Assembly (NCBI GenBank): GCA_040954595.2 | Contig: CM082587.2 | Coordinates: forward strand, 2,137,000-2,200,999 | DNA from: Balanoglossus misakiensis | Lineage: Eukaryota; Animalia; Hemichordata | Direction of reading: 5' to 3' | DNA length: 64,000 nt | Shown: piece after piece, positions 63,901 to 64,000 of the stretch | Numbering within the stretch: position 1 is the first letter of the stretch | How the letters are laid out: every line of letters begins with the position of its first letter | Position numbers and translations under genes: made by a program | The notes under the pieces: model-generated | Databases searched by the model: none | Told to the model about the DNA's origin: nothing | What the model saw: the letters and a program-made list of their open reading frames with translations, nothing else

Positions 63901-64000
63901 AGAACTTGATTTGGTACAATGTAGACAAATTAAATTTCAGCATGTGTTTACATTCACAGTGCATGGTGGTTGGTCCACTTGGGAGGAATGGGGCGACTGC
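30974..64000 (+). CDS. HMCN1: Hemicentin (HMCN1-like extracellular matrix protein), 5' portion, 42 exons in window, continues past the right edge
   Basis: Signal peptide + VWA ([31 protein letters not shown]) + hemicentin motif in exons 30974-31310, 43312-43541, 43644-43766, 45980-46151, 46308-46532, 46898-47155. Ig exons: 47346-47490, 47758-47879, 48593-48868, 49050-49319, 49543-49812, 50012-50191, 50368-50463, 50711-50989, 51325-51597, 51895-52167, 52285-52557, 52715-52990, 53195-53467, 53727-53996, 54264-54536, 54761-55039, 55136-55411, 55659-55934, 56187-56477, 56608-56889, 57070-57348, 57493-57765, 57974-58246, 58443-58715, 58870-59054, 59283-59364, 59502-59633, 59805-59936, 60209-60396, 60599-60680, 60794-61066. 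TSP1 exons: 61450-61620, 62692-62862, 63337-63507, 63616-63786, 63960-(64000). All introns are GT-AG. Confidence 0.93.
31869..31998. mobile_element. Tc1/mariner-type MITE (~130 bp) with TA target duplication
   Basis: TA|CTGTAAAACGGGGAAATTTTC ... GAAAAATTTCCCGTTTTACAG|TA. Confidence 0.8.
32030..32063. repeat. (TACA/CA)n simple repeat
   Basis: The sequence reads catacacacacatacatacatacatacatacac. Confidence 0.7.
36992..37040. repeat. Intronic hairpin (18-19 bp stem, 11-nt loop)
   Basis: CTAGTCTAGAATCTAGCC pairs with GGTTAGATTCTAGACCAG. Confidence 0.6.
39523..39574. repeat. 52-bp near-perfect palindrome
   Basis: CTGAGCTGAGCCATCGAGCTACCAC-TT-GTGGTAGCTCCATGGCTGAGCTTAG. The arms are 25 nt with 22 Watson-Crick matches. 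Confidence 0.75.
46666..46848. mobile_element. Kolobok-type non-autonomous element (183 bp)
   Basis: TTAA|AGGTACACAGTCACCT ... AGGTGACCGTATACCT|TTAA, with a 14/16 TIR match. A TTAA TSD with AG...CT termini points to Kolobok rather than piggyBac (CC...GG). Confidence 0.75.
51041..51236. mobile_element. 196-bp fully palindromic element with degenerate Penelope-type hammerhead motif
   Basis: GGTTTGTCAGCACTCTAAAATCAACTTATTGGTGCTGGA... pairs with ...TCCAGTACCAATAAGTTGATCTTAGAGTGCTGACAAACC. The right arm carries CTGATGA-A-GGAGAC-TACAG-GTCTTC-AAAAGCTC. Confidence 0.7.
51660..51740. repeat. Inverted/tandem CTTATAGGA repeat cluster (MITE remnant)
   Basis: TATAAGATTCCTA (51673-51685) pairs with TAGGAATCTTATA (51706-51718), and TATAGGA occurs several times. 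Confidence 0.5.
52180..52243. mobile_element. Internally deleted TA-flanked MITE; a related fragment lies inverted at ~60510-60560
   Basis: TA|CATTAAAACCTGTCT ... AGACAAGTTTTCAGTG|TA. Positions 52201-52222 match the reverse complement of 60522-60543 at 21/22. Confidence 0.55.
60032..60090. repeat. (GAT/GGT)n compound microsatellite
   Basis: The sequence reads atggtggtggtaatgatgatgatgatgatgatgatgactgtggtggtggtgatgata. Confidence 0.85.

Overview
This is eukaryotic (animal) genomic DNA, AT-rich, with short GT-AG introns. A non-vertebrate bilaterian, probably an invertebrate deuterostome, is my inference. Four spliced genes can be assembled by hand: (1) tektin-like CCDC105/TEKTL1 on the minus strand (~450 aa), head-to-head with (2) a single taperin/phostensin (TPRN/PPP1R18-family) gene (~1016 aa), followed by (3) SET/TAF-I histone chaperone (283 aa) and (4) a hemicentin (signal peptide, VWA, 26 Ig, then at least 5 TSP1 repeats) that runs off the right edge. 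Non-coding highlights are a U12-type intron in SET, a ~300-nt nested RNA duplex in the SET 3' UTR, a young 949-bp Mutator/Foldback-type element with a 9-bp TSD, several MITEs, and a palindromic intronic element carrying a degenerate Penelope-type minimal hammerhead ribozyme. The human homologs of all four genes lie on the four MHC paralogons (chr 1, 6, 9, 19). No tRNA, rRNA or CRISPR array was found. All calls are by eye, with no searches run.
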